64,000 nucleotides of DNA from Mobula birostris (lineage: Eukaryota), in assembly GCF_030028105.1 (NCBI RefSeq), contig NC_092373.1, forward strand, positions 37,663,770 through 37,727,769, written 5' to 3'. Every line of letters begins with the position of its first letter. The stretch's first letter is position 1. The notes under the pieces are model-generated. The model made no database searches. It was not told the origin of the DNA and was given only the letters and a program-made list of their open reading frames with translations. Of this stretch, positions 25,321 to 36,500 are shown in pieces. The position numbers and the translations under genes are program-made.

Positions 25321-26850
25321 TCTATGTGCAAGTTAAAGACTCCCATGATAACTGCTGTTCCATTCTTACATGCCTCAGGTATTTCTCTGTTTATTGCCTG
25401 TGCCACCGTAATCTTATTATTCGGTGGCCAATAGACAACTCCCACCAGTGATTTTTTTTCCTTTTACTATTTCTAATCTACCCAGATGGATTCAACATTC
25501 TGCTCCTTGGATCTTATATCATCTCTATCACCCTGATCCCAACCTTAATTAAGAGCGCTACCCCACCTTCCTGCCTATCCTTCCGTATTACCTGATATCC
25601 TTGGATATTTAATTCCCAATCCTCTCCAGCCTGCAACCACGCTTCTGTAATGGCCACTAAATCATACCTTTTTGTACTGATTTGTGCCACAAGTTCACTG
25701 ACCTTACTTCGAATACTATGGGCATTCAGATAGTGACCTTACACTCATTGTGGTTTTAAAATCTTGTAAACTTTTGCACTTGACTTTTCTTCACTCCACT
25801 CTTACTTTTCTCTTTTGCTTTTTTAACTTTATCCTCACATCTCTCTTTTACTTTATCCATACTTCTCCAATCTGTTGAACGCACCCCTGTACTATTTAGT
25901 TTAAAGCCTTATCCACAGCCCTAGTTATGCGATTCACTGGGATCCAAGTCCCATCACAGTTCAGGTAGAGCCCATCGCATTGGTACAGCTCCCTTCTTCC
26001 CCAATACTGTGCCAATTTCCCACAAATTCAAACCCACTTCTCCCACACCAATCCTTGAGCCACGCATTTAACTCTCTAATGTTCTTGACCCTATGCTAAT
26101 TTGCACGTGGCTCAGGTGGTAATCCAGAGATCACCACTTTTTTGGTTCTGATTTTTAATTTAGTCCCTAGCTGCTCAAATTCCCTCAGCAGAACCTCTTT
26201 CCTCATTCTACCTATGTCATTGGTACCCACATGGACCACGACAACTGGATCTTTCCCCTCCTGCAAATCCCTCTGCAGGTCAGATAAGATATCTCAAACC
26301 CGGGCACCAGGCAGACAACATATCCTTCGGGATGCTCTATTCTCATGACAGAGAGCTCTGTCTATTTCCCTGAATATACTATCCCCAAATACCACCACAT
26401 TTCTCTCTCTTCCCTCTCTTGAAATGGCTCCCTGAACTACAGTGCCAGTTAGGTAGCTTGTCCTTCCTACAGCCCCCACTCTCATCCACACAGGGAGCAA
26501 GAATCTCATACCTGTTGGACTGAGGCTCCTCCAGCACTGTCTCTTGGATCCCACTTCCCACCTCACTCGCAGTCACACCCTCTTGCCCCTGACCACAGAC
26601 TGAATTTGAGGCAGCTAATCTAATGGGTGTGGCTACCTCCTGAAGCAAAGAATCCAGGTAACTCTCCCCCTCCCTGATGTGCTGCAGTGTTCGAAATTCA
26701 GATCCCAGGTCATCAACTTTGAGCCTGAATCCCTCAAGCAGCCAACACTTGCTGCTAAAGTGTGGTCACCAGGAACCACAATGGGGTCAACCAGCTTCCA
26801 CATCATGCAGCTACAGCACATCAGCTGATCCTGCATCATCCCTTTATTTA
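25321..26850 (-). mobile_element. CR1-type LINE 5' region with ORF1 (Cys-rich N-terminus, SGNH/GDSL esterase) and start of ORF2
   Basis: CCSCMMW.LVD...VPGDH; NVVVFGDSIFREIDR.LC...CCLPGARV; VVVHVGTND. Confidence 0.8.
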
Positions 26851-27746
26851 ATTAGCTGTAATTTAGTGACTTTTTATTCAACCACTACAACAGCCTTACC
26901 TGCTCCCTACCTGTGCCTCCCTGCCAAAGCCTCAAGTTCCCTCTCCTACACTAGTCCACTCACACAATGGATGTTTTGGATGAAAGTTTGACCAGAGAGA
27001 AAAAAAAATGAGCAATGGGATCTGGTTATACAGAGAGAAAAACCTAAATAATGGCACTGATTTACTTAAGGCCTTTAAAGAAAAAAATATATTTCTCTCA
27101 TTGACCTGTTTTCAACATGGCAATCACGGCAACCCTGACCTCACCCTATCAAAGATATTCCCCTTGATTGTTGCTCAAGATAGTGTCAAGCTGCGACCTT
27201 CGTTGAGGTTGCAGCTCAGTTTTCGTTGTATTGTTTGGGTTTGTGGGGATGGTTTTGGGAACAGAGGAGAGTTAGGTGTTAGGTTATGGTTTTTGGGTCA
27301 GGGATGTGGAGGAATTAAAGGACAAGTCAAAGTCTGCTCTGAATTCAAAGGACAGCAATGTAGACATGGGATATCTGTGGACCACTGGGATGTCAGACTG
27401 ACTGACCAGTGTGGACGAAAGCTGGAAGCTCTCCCATGGTCAGTGAGCTGTTGGTGTGTTTTGGAATTAGAGTATCAGGAGGGTGGAAGAACTAGGTGCG
27501 ATGACTCCCTGGGATTGTGAATCAGTGAGTCTGGAGTTTGCGGTTTGGTGATTGGCAAGTCCTGTTGTCAATGTAGAAGATCAAGGCCCAAGGGTAGAAT
27601 CAGAAGTCTGGAAGTCAACTCCTTTTGGCTGGAGACCCAGATCTGTGAATCTCTGCAGGTTCACTGGAATAGTTGAAGCCCCAAGTCCATATCCGAGTCT
27701 ACTGGAAGCTGAAGAGGATAGACTGTGGTTAGAGGACTATGTATGT

Positions 27747-28258
27747 ACCTCTGGTGGGGGAACATGTCGCATCCTTTTCAAGGTGGTTAGTCCACCTTTG
27801 GTCCCCACCTGGCACTCAGCTCTCACCTGTGGCTCTTCGTAGCTGTTTGCATGCGACAGCGGCCACACCCCGGGCAACGGCTTCAACAAGTCGGCTAAAC
27901 CAGGTGAGGGTAGCCGACGGGTCTCAAACCCTCGGTGAGATAGGGGGTTGTCTATCGCAGGATGCGAAGATAGACTCCGGCTGATTGAGCAGACGAGACC
28001 AATGGAAGGTCCAATGGTCAAGAAGGCGGTCTCTGTGGAGCACGACAAGACACAGAAGATGTTCTGGTCATCCACTGTGCCTAGTCCCATCTCCAGCCAT
28101 CTCGACTCTGTCTTGCCACTAGATCCAGATGGGAATTGGGAAGACAGAGTGAGGCTGATGCTGCACAACTCTCCCTCACTTAAATCCAAATCATGCACTA
28201 GTCTTGACACCATCAATGGCGTTGAGGTCTTCATCAACAACAACGATGGACGAACAAC
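27747..28258 (+). mobile_element. Related ~510-bp non-coding retroelement, slightly 5'-truncated
   Basis: Imperfect TSD ATGTATGT (27739-27746) / ATGTACGT (28259-28266), a (CAA)-rich tail, and the same ribozyme-like 5' region as 62117-62591. Confidence 0.7.
27822..27908 (+). ncRNA. HDV-like ribozyme core lacking the 5' strand of P1
   Basis: P2 CUCACCUG/CAGGUGAG; P3 GGC/GCC; L3 UCUUCGU; P1 3' strand ACACCCC followed by GG; P4 CGGCUU/AAGUCG; GCUAA with C27895. Confidence 0.6.
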
Positions 28259-30689
28259 ATGTACGTCAGTGGGAGGGAGGAACGGGAGTAGTTTTGCTGC
28301 TGCTGTTTTGTTGTTTGGTGTATTCTGTTTGTATGTTGTTCTGCCAAGAATTGTGATAATCAAATCAGCAATTGGTGGATATACTCAGCAGGTTCAGTAG
28401 TATTTGTGGAGAGGGAAAAGGATTAACATTTGAGCCCAATGACCTTTCACCTGATAATTATAGGGTTTTAATGGAAGGACAGAAAGGAGAAGAGCAAATT
28501 AAGAGGATATCAAATATAATAATGTCACTAGATATAATTGCATTCTTCACCCAGAAAATTCTGAGATCATGGGGTCTCCTTACTATAGGAAAAATAAAGA
28601 TAAGAAAAGTCAGCTAACGTTTAAGGCTTGAGGAAAGATAATTATGGATAAAAGTTAGCTTGAAATACAAACATGAACAAACTAGGCATATTTAGTCTGC
28701 AACCAGGTAAGTACTTTAAGTATAATGCCCAGAATTCTGCTTTTATTGATTTTGAAGTGCTTTCAAAATTAACAGTATTATTAAAATTCAATTTGCAATG
28801 TTGTATTAAACAAATCATTTGAAGCTGTCAGATTTTACAGCAGCACTCTGTACTGTAGATTCTTCTTCCACTTACTGGCTGAATTCTCTTTTGGGGGGCG
28901 GGGGAGGACTTGAGCAGCTGAGTGTTTCATACAAAGTGATCTCCACTGGAAAGTTTCTTTTGCTAATCAAGGCCTTGCCAGAATATGGCTGGGAAACAAA
29001 CTATCTTGATACAGTGCCAGATTTAAACAAAGGTTGCTTTTAGCCAATTCATTGTGGGACATGTGAAGAGTGAAGTGTTAAGATTGTTTATTTAAAAAAT
29101 GTAAACGCTTTTCTATAATTAGTCTTTTTCTAAGCATGTCATTAGACCTTAATATGATGACCAGAAAGAGAATTCTGTCAGATTCTATGCAGTTGGTAAG
29201 TTTTTCTTAGGTGTGGGGGGAGGGGGATTAATTCAACTTTCAAACCACTTTCCCCTTCAAACTTTAGTTGCTGTTTGTGACACTGAAACATCTGTGATTT
29301 TTAAAGATATCTACAACTCGCTTTCCCTGTGTTTACCATTCAGTCTTATTACTATTACAGCATTGTCACTGTTTCATATCTCACAGTTACCCATTCATCA
29401 GTCCTTTACCAAATTAATACTCTACCCATTCTGTATCACTCATTTCTTCCAAATTTCACTGTTCACTCTTATTTAGCAGCTGCCTCTCTCAATGTGTGCT
29501 TCATTTAGCTTATCATATGCTCTATGACCTCTCTTGCTTATAATGTCATTATTTGAAAAAACGTGCCATTAGAGGAATTATGTGACTTAGTCAATAGCCC
29601 ACCTTTGTAATTTACGGCAGTTTAATGAATGACAAACCATAATGTCAACATTGAATTGTTTTAAAGGACAACACAAAGATGTACAGTTTACTCCTTGGTC
29701 AAAATATATATAAGAAATAGAAACATAAGAGCTGGAGTAGGTTGTTAAGCCTGCTCCACCATTCAATAAGATCTTTCGACTCAGCTCCACCTACCTGCCC
29801 TTGCCCCACAACCCATAATTTCTTCGGTATGCAAAAAATTTATATAATTGTATCTTAAATACTGTACATTTAATGTGGTAGATTCTACTACTTTGGGCAG
29901 AGAATTCCACAGATTCACTATTCTGTGGGAAAAGAAGTTTCTTCTCATCTCCATCATAACCTATTCCCCCATTTCTTTTGGCTTTGTCCCCTAGTTTGAG
30001 TCTCATCCATGGAAACAACTTCCATGCCTCTATCTTACCTGTTTCCACATCTTTGTATTTTCTCTAAAGATAATTCTAAGCTTTTGTATTATAATAGACA
30101 TATGGACCTTTGTTTTTAGTATAGGATTGAGCCGCCTTCAATTGCAAAACCTATTTTTGATATACTGAAGTTTGCAGGAATTACCTAACTTATTCCAAAA
30201 AAAAAATTTTGAATAGGTTAAAGTACTTTGGTTTATGCACATCGATCAAAGTTTTTAATGGTTGATGCACCATTGGATCACTGTCTCACTGTCTGTAATT
30301 CTACAGTGAAAACGAGAACCTGATTCTTATCAGAAATAAACCATATTTCATTTGGGGGTTCTGCTGAGGCATTGTCAAATAACAGGAAAATCTGAGCAGG
30401 TGTTAAAACCTCAAAGAGGAAGAAAGAAAAACCAGATTTAGATATTTAATGTAATTTGATCTGAAACTTAGTACAGTCTTGCGAGACCATGGTACATATG
30501 GTACATACAAATTTATATGTACAGTAGGTAAACAAATATTGAGACTCACTCCACTGTCTCCAAATGAATTAATTCAATTTTCAAAATCCTGAAATGTTTT
30601 TTCAGAGATTTAAAATATTAAAATATGTGTAAGTCTGTTAAGAAAGAACTTGAGCCAAAATTAGGATTTTATTAAACATGTGATCTCAA

Positions 30690-30975
30690 TGGCTCTCCAC
30701 GCAGCCGTAGATCACCTGGACTATACAAATACCTATGTCAGAATGCTGTTTATTGACTATAGATCAGCAATTAACACCACCATTCCTACAGTGCTGATCG
30801 AAAAGCTACAGAATTGGGCTTCTGTACCTCCCTCTACAACTGGATCCTCGATTTCCTAACCAGAAGATCACAATCTGTGTAGATTGGTAATAGCATCTAC
30901 ACATCATTGACGATCAACACTGGTGCACCTCAGAGATGTGTGCTTAGCCCACTGCTCTACTCTCTATACCCATGA
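30690..30975 (+). mobile_element. Rex1/Babar-type LINE RT fragment
   Basis: [27 protein letters not shown] and TGAPQ.CVLSPLLYSLYTHD motifs. Confidence 0.8.
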
Positions 30976-33720
30976 CGCTTGCTTTGGCATGAACGTTAGG
31001 AAATGCCAACTGCTTTGCAGCTTCGACAGTGCCAGCGTACCGGGACATCAGAGGTCCGTGAACACCATGGGTTGCACCTGCCAGGGCCATCTACTGTTCA
31101 TTACAAACACCCTCTCAGGGCAACCCTTCCTGTGTGACACAGATGCTCAAGTGAGTGTGCTGCCAGCATCACCTATTGAAAAGAAGGCAAAGACCAATGA
31201 AACCTCACTGGAGGCTGTCAACAGCGGCAAGAGCCAGACTTGCAGGACACGATGGGTGACATTCTGCTTCAGTGGGCGATGTTACACGTGAGACTTTATC
31301 CCGGCTAAAGTGCCTAAACCTCTGCTCTGTGCAAATTTCCTGTGTGCCCAAAGGACTATTAGTTGATCTTAAAAACTGCTGGCTTGTGGATGTCAAGGAT
31401 TTTGAGTCATTACCCTGTTCCCCCAATAAGTGGTTCCCCACAACGATTCTGCTAAGCGCATGTACCACCGCATGTGAGTTTGCTCGCCTGCTGGGCAAAT
31501 TCCCAAACCTCAACAAGGCCACATTTTCCACTAGTCGCAAAACATGGGGTTAAATATGTACCACATTCCCACTACTGGCCCCTAATAAGCTGGCAACCAT
31601 GAAAGCTAAGTTTGCCAAAACGGAAAGAAAGACTTAGCATTGTATGCTGGTCAAATAGTCCCTGGACTTCCAGGTCTGAAGATGGCTGCTGCCCAAGTGG
31701 CAATCAGGTACCGATGCCCTAAAGTGACCACTGCCCCAATCATTACCTGGCCCCACACAGCCAAGGCTTTTTAGTACAGTTAGACAGAAAGTTAATTTCT
31801 TCCAAAGTTGATCTAGTTAGGGGCTTCCATCAGGTGCCTGTGCGCTTGAAGAACGTTCCAAAAAAAGATATGATCACCTTGTTTGGCCTCTTTGAGTTTC
31901 TGCGTATGCCATTTGGTCTGAAAAATGCAGTACAGACTTTCAAGTGGCTGACAGACTGTCACCAGTGCATCCAAATCCAAACACTCATCTCATCTCTGCA
32001 CAGTTTTAATACTTAAGCCAACATGGGTTGATTAATAACCCTGCTAAGTGCCAGTATGGGTTGTCAACCACTGACTTTCTCAGCCAGCAGCTCTGTCTCC
32101 CGAAAAGGAACTGCAGCACATTTGACTGTGAGCTTCTTGGTCTCTATCTGGCTGTCCCTCATTTTCATTTTCTTCCAGAGAGTCACCATTTCACAGCATT
32201 CGTAGGCTACAAGCTTCCTTGTGTACATGGTGGCCAAGATACCAGAATTTACCACTGATATACAACATTAAGAGGATATAGAATACCGCGGCTGATTGCC
32301 TCTCACAGCCAGCCATTGAGGACATACACACAGGGGTTGACTATGCTGGCATAGCAGCCGACCAAGCTACTGACCCAGAGGTCCAGGCTTACCGAACAGC
32401 AGTCACGGGCCTGCGGTTGGCTGACATTAAGTTCGGGGGAGCTGGGGTTTCTTTCCTCTGCGATGTCTCAACCAGTCGCCCATGCCCTATAGTGCCCGCG
32501 AACTGTAGACAGACTGTTTTTAACTCCATATGCAGCCTCTCACATCCAGGTTGGAAGGCCTCAGAAACAGGGTGCACTAAAGTTTGTGTGGCACGGCCTT
32601 AGAAGGAACGTGTGTGATTGGACTGTAGCCCTGTGTGGAATGCCAGCAGGCAAAATGAACAGTAATGTTCAGGCAGCTTTTAAGGTCGGAGTGTTGGTTT
32701 GACCACGTCAATGTGGACCCTGTTGGTCCCTTTCCCCCTCCTGCAGTTTCACGCACCTCCTTATTATGGTGGACCGTACCAGGTGGCCAGAGGTTGCCCC
32801 TCTAGCCTCGATGTCAGCCGTAGACCCATCTGATATTTCCTCTGACCGTCATCCCTAATTCATATCAGACCTCTGGGTCGCGATGGCTCAAAACCTTAGT
32901 GTTATTACACCATGGCTTACCACCACAGTCCAATGGCCTATGCTAGTGGTTTCACTGCTCCTTAACGGATGCTCTGATGCATTATTATTGGCATGATCGA
33001 CTCCGTGGGTCCTGCTGGGGCTCAGTACAGTTCCAAAAGAGGATCTGCAGTAATCCGCGGCTGAGCCGTTATGAGTGCCAGGTGATTACATTCCTGACAC
33101 CCTGCCTGTCTGGTCAGCCTCTGAACAGCATTTCACCCTCCTCGGTAAATTCAATTCCTTTGCACCTATTCTACTTCCCATCATGGGATTCTTGGGTTCT
33201 GTCGCCCTACATTCCGCCATGATGCACACCAGCATTCCCTTAGGCTCCCTTGCATTGGCTAGTTTCACCTTTTGGAACGTGAGAAAAGACTTTTATCATA
33301 GAGGAGTAAACCTGAACGTGTTATGGCAGATCACCTTAAACAGAGCATATGGAGTTAAAGAGGTGTGTAAAATAAAGTTTTGGAGGATTCCGTTACCATC
33401 CCCCTGCCGTCACGACGCGGCCATTAGCGTGTCAACACATCTCCGGACGAGCCAGACGCACCTTTTTTTTTCATTCCTCGACCTATGGAACATAGAGCAC
33501 AAGCCGGGCACGTCCAAGCTCTATACAGGCTCACAACGGCAACCGGTTTCGTGAATTCTGCCGGGGGGGGGGGGGAGGGTCTGTATCGGGTAATGTAATT
33601 GGTGAAAGCATACAGAATTAACAACCACTAACATTGAGTTGGGGTCCTCTTTAAGAGGCGGGTCTGACGTGATTTACGTAAAGTACTTTAACCGCGTTTT
33701 GTCTTCAGTTTTCTGGAGTC
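30976..33720 (+). mobile_element. Decayed Ty3/Gypsy LTR retrotransposon (protease-RT-RNaseH-integrase remnants, PPT, start of 3' LTR)
   Basis: FLCDT.AQVSVLP (protease), FGLFEFLRMPFGLKNA.QTF (RT), STFD.ELL.LYLAV.HF (RNase H), SLSHPG.KA and FDHVNVD (integrase), in Gypsy order. G-rich tract at 33563-33579 precedes TG at 33582. Confidence 0.88.
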
Positions 33721-34189
33721 CAAAAAATGAGTTGCAAAAGTTTTTTATGAAATATAAAATGCCTCGTCGTTTTACTTGCAAAAACCTACAACACTACCTC
33801 ACTAGTTTTTATTTGTTTTGCACTATTTATTTAACTATTTAATAATATACGTATATATACTTACTGTTAATGTCTTTCCTATATTTATCATGTACTGCTG
33901 CTGCGAAGTTAAACAAATTTCACGGCATATGCCGGTGATATTTAACCTGATCCAGATTCTAAACCCACCAGTCTGTTACATGTCAAAAAGTGTCAACGTT
34001 GTTTATCTTACTTAGCTAAACTTGATCGCATGCCTTTCCATTTTATTTTTTGTGTTTGTCGACTGTTGTCTAAGCTCTTTGGCTGCTCGGGAAATTTCTC
34101 TTTCGAAGGGGAAATTGGTTGAAATTCACAATCGCGCCATTGCAGTTTCCACGTCTAACACCTTCCCCACCGTGGAACCGATGCGGCGG

Positions 34190-34340
34190 GCGGTCGTTGG
34201 GTGAAATCAGGGGGCGTGATTTCCTACCGACTGTGACATCACAGAGCAGTAACGGCACCGCCCCTTGTGAAATGACCAATGGCCAGTCAGCTGGAGTTCG
34301 AGGCGAAGCCGGCGGGGGTTCACAGCTTTCGCCCGCAGTC
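34190..34340 (+). promoter_or_regulatory. CpG-rich promoter of the C2orf72 orthologue
   Basis: GC box (GGGGCGTG ~34211), CRE-like TGACATCA (~34234) and CCAAT (~34276) upstream of ATG 34369. Confidence 0.55.
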
Positions 34341-34368
34341 GGACAGCAATAAACTAGAAAGTGTGACA

Positions 34369-35020
34369 ATGGATATGGATGCAGAATGGACCGAGAGGGA
34401 GTTCCAGGAGGTGGTCAAAACTATCGGAGGTAGAGAGAACATCTTCCTGATCGGGGAGGTGTGCGATAACAGGGACCTGATGTTTCAGTTTGTGAATAAC
34501 ATGTTTTCACGACCGGGGAAAGTTTGCAGTCGAATTTCGGACACGAAAAGCAACCATGAAATGATTGAACCGCAATGCAAGGAGCAGAAGTCCGAGACTG
34601 ACAAAGAATGGGAGTTTGAATCCTTAATTGATTCTTCCGTTAAAGTGACACACATGGTTAATGGGAGTAAGGAGCAGAGACGTATCAAAGCCCGGTTAAT
34701 TATCTTCCTTTTCCATCAAGATTTTATCTGTGACAAACAAAACGACCTCGTGATCCAAGAACTCCTGAAAGATGTCCGGCAAAGGTCGAGTTCCTGGGAA
34801 GATGTACCCGCGCTCATCGGGGTGGTGCACGCTGACGCTGTCAGCGGGAACCTAAACATTGCTGTCCGCCTCGTAGAGTATTACCTGCGGACAGTTTTCC
34901 ACAGGCACCCTGCCGAGTGCGTGCAGGCACTTCCCTTCATCTCCAGCCAGCCAGCCTCTATGATAGAACTGAAAAAGACCATCAGTGTTATCCTCCGAGC
35001 TTTACCGAGCATCACAGAAG
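34369..35020 (+). CDS. C2orf72: C2orf72 orthologue (uncharacterised protein), coding exon 1
   Basis: Motifs FQEVVKTIGGRENIFLIGE, LIIFLF, ELLKDVRQR, PALIGVV, RLVEYYLRTVF and VQA..F...PAS are collinear with recalled human C2orf72 (FQALVEAAGGRGQVLLVGE, EMLRDVRGR, AALVGVL, RLLEALLRAVF). Donor GAAG|GTATC. PSMD1 is the neighbour, as in human. The start could instead be the upstream ATG at 34279. Confidence 0.88.
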
Positions 35021-35504
35021 GTATCGAGCTAATTATTGACATAATAGGATTCCGCATTGTAATTTATCGTGTTTTTTTTAAAAAATCATATGTCCCTGAA
35101 TTCATTGTACACAAAAAAATTGATAGATCTAATAAATCGTAGCTATGATATGAGGAGAGGTTGGATGAGCTGCAGTTGTTTTCTATGGAACAGGGAGGCT
35201 GAAGGAAAACTTAATTCAGGTGTCTAAAATAAAGTGACAGCAATTACGTTTGGTCTCCTTACCTAATTCTTCAGTAAAGAGACAGAACTCCCCACCTGTT
35301 GTAGAAGCCGGGGAATAAGTGAAAATTCGACTTATGTGGAAACCCAGCCTCCCTGGAACCAATGTAAAGAGATTGGATGGGTCTGTATTCTCCACAATTT
35401 TGAAAGAATTCTCATAGAAACTTAGAAAATTCTTTGACAGGCTTAATGTGAGAGATGTTTCCTTATACAGGAATTTGAAATCAAGTGTTACAATCCTTGA
35501 CTTC

Positions 35505-36500
35505 CTCATTAAGAGACAACAGTCAGTGAGGACTGGTAATACATCTTACTGACAACACAGGTGCACCTCAAGGATATATACTTAGCCACTGGTCTACTCT
35601 CTCTACACTCATGGCTGTGTGGATGGGCACAGCTCAAACACAGTTCACTGATGACATTACTGTTGTTGGCAAAATCTCAGATGGTGATGAAGAGTGAGAT
35701 ATATCACTTCAACAGCCGATGTTGCAACAAAAGCCTTGCAAAGGTCAGTAAGGCGAAGGAATTGATCGTGGACTCCAGGAAGAGGAAGCCACACCAGTCC
35801 TCATCAAGGGGTCAGCAGTGGAAAGAGTGAGCGGCTTCAAGACCCTGGGTGTCAACATCTCAGAGCATCTATCTGAGCCAAACACAGTGATGCAATTAAG
35901 AAAAAGGCACTACAATGTCTATGCTTCATAAGGAGTCTGAGGAAATTTGGTATGTCACCAAAGACTCTAGCAGATTTCTGCAGAAGTACAATGTGGAGAG
36001 CATTCTGACTGGTTACATCATTCCCTGGTATGGAGGCAGCAATGCTCAGGATTGAAAGAAGCTGCAGAAGGTTGTAAATTCAGCCAGTTTCATCTTGGGA
36101 GCAATCTCCCTCACCATTGAGGACAACTGCTGGAAGGTGGCATCCATCATTAAGGACCCTCACCATCCAAGGATATGCCCTCTTCTCATTGGTGAGGAGG
36201 TGCAAGAGCTTAAAGAACCACTCATAATGTTTTAGGAACATTCTTCTCAGACAGAACAGTCCATGAACACCACCTCACTGTTGGCAGAATCTCAGCTGAT
36301 GACAAGGAGCAGTACGGGAGTGAGACAGATCAACTACTTAAGTGGTGTTGCAACAAAAGTCTTGCATCAATATTTATTTGTGGTACAGTATAACATGTAT
36401 GTGTAACTTGTAGTGATATTTATGCCTTGCACTGTCCTGCTGCCACAAAACAACACATTTCATGATATATGTCTGTGATAATAAACCTGATTCGGATTCT
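35505..36500 (+). mobile_element. Rex1/Babar-type LINE 3' part
   Basis: K.KELIVD.RK, LGVNISE.L and ESILTG.I..WYG remnants; tail ...aataaacctgattcggattct. Confidence 0.75.

Noticed and set aside
27830-27870. Twister-ribozyme reading of the UCCCAAG/UCUUCGU segment in the 27.8 and 62.2 kb elements
   Set aside because: It lacks the twister UAA/P2/P4 arrangement; the strand order fits the HDV topology much better.
27737-28400. 208-aa and 150-aa ORFs
   Set aside because: They lie within a TSD-flanked non-coding repeat and show no protein motifs.
35021-35142. C-terminal extension of the 287-aa ORF 34279-35142
   Set aside because: Read-through into intron 1 past the GAAG|GT donor; composition turns AT-rich and homology stops.
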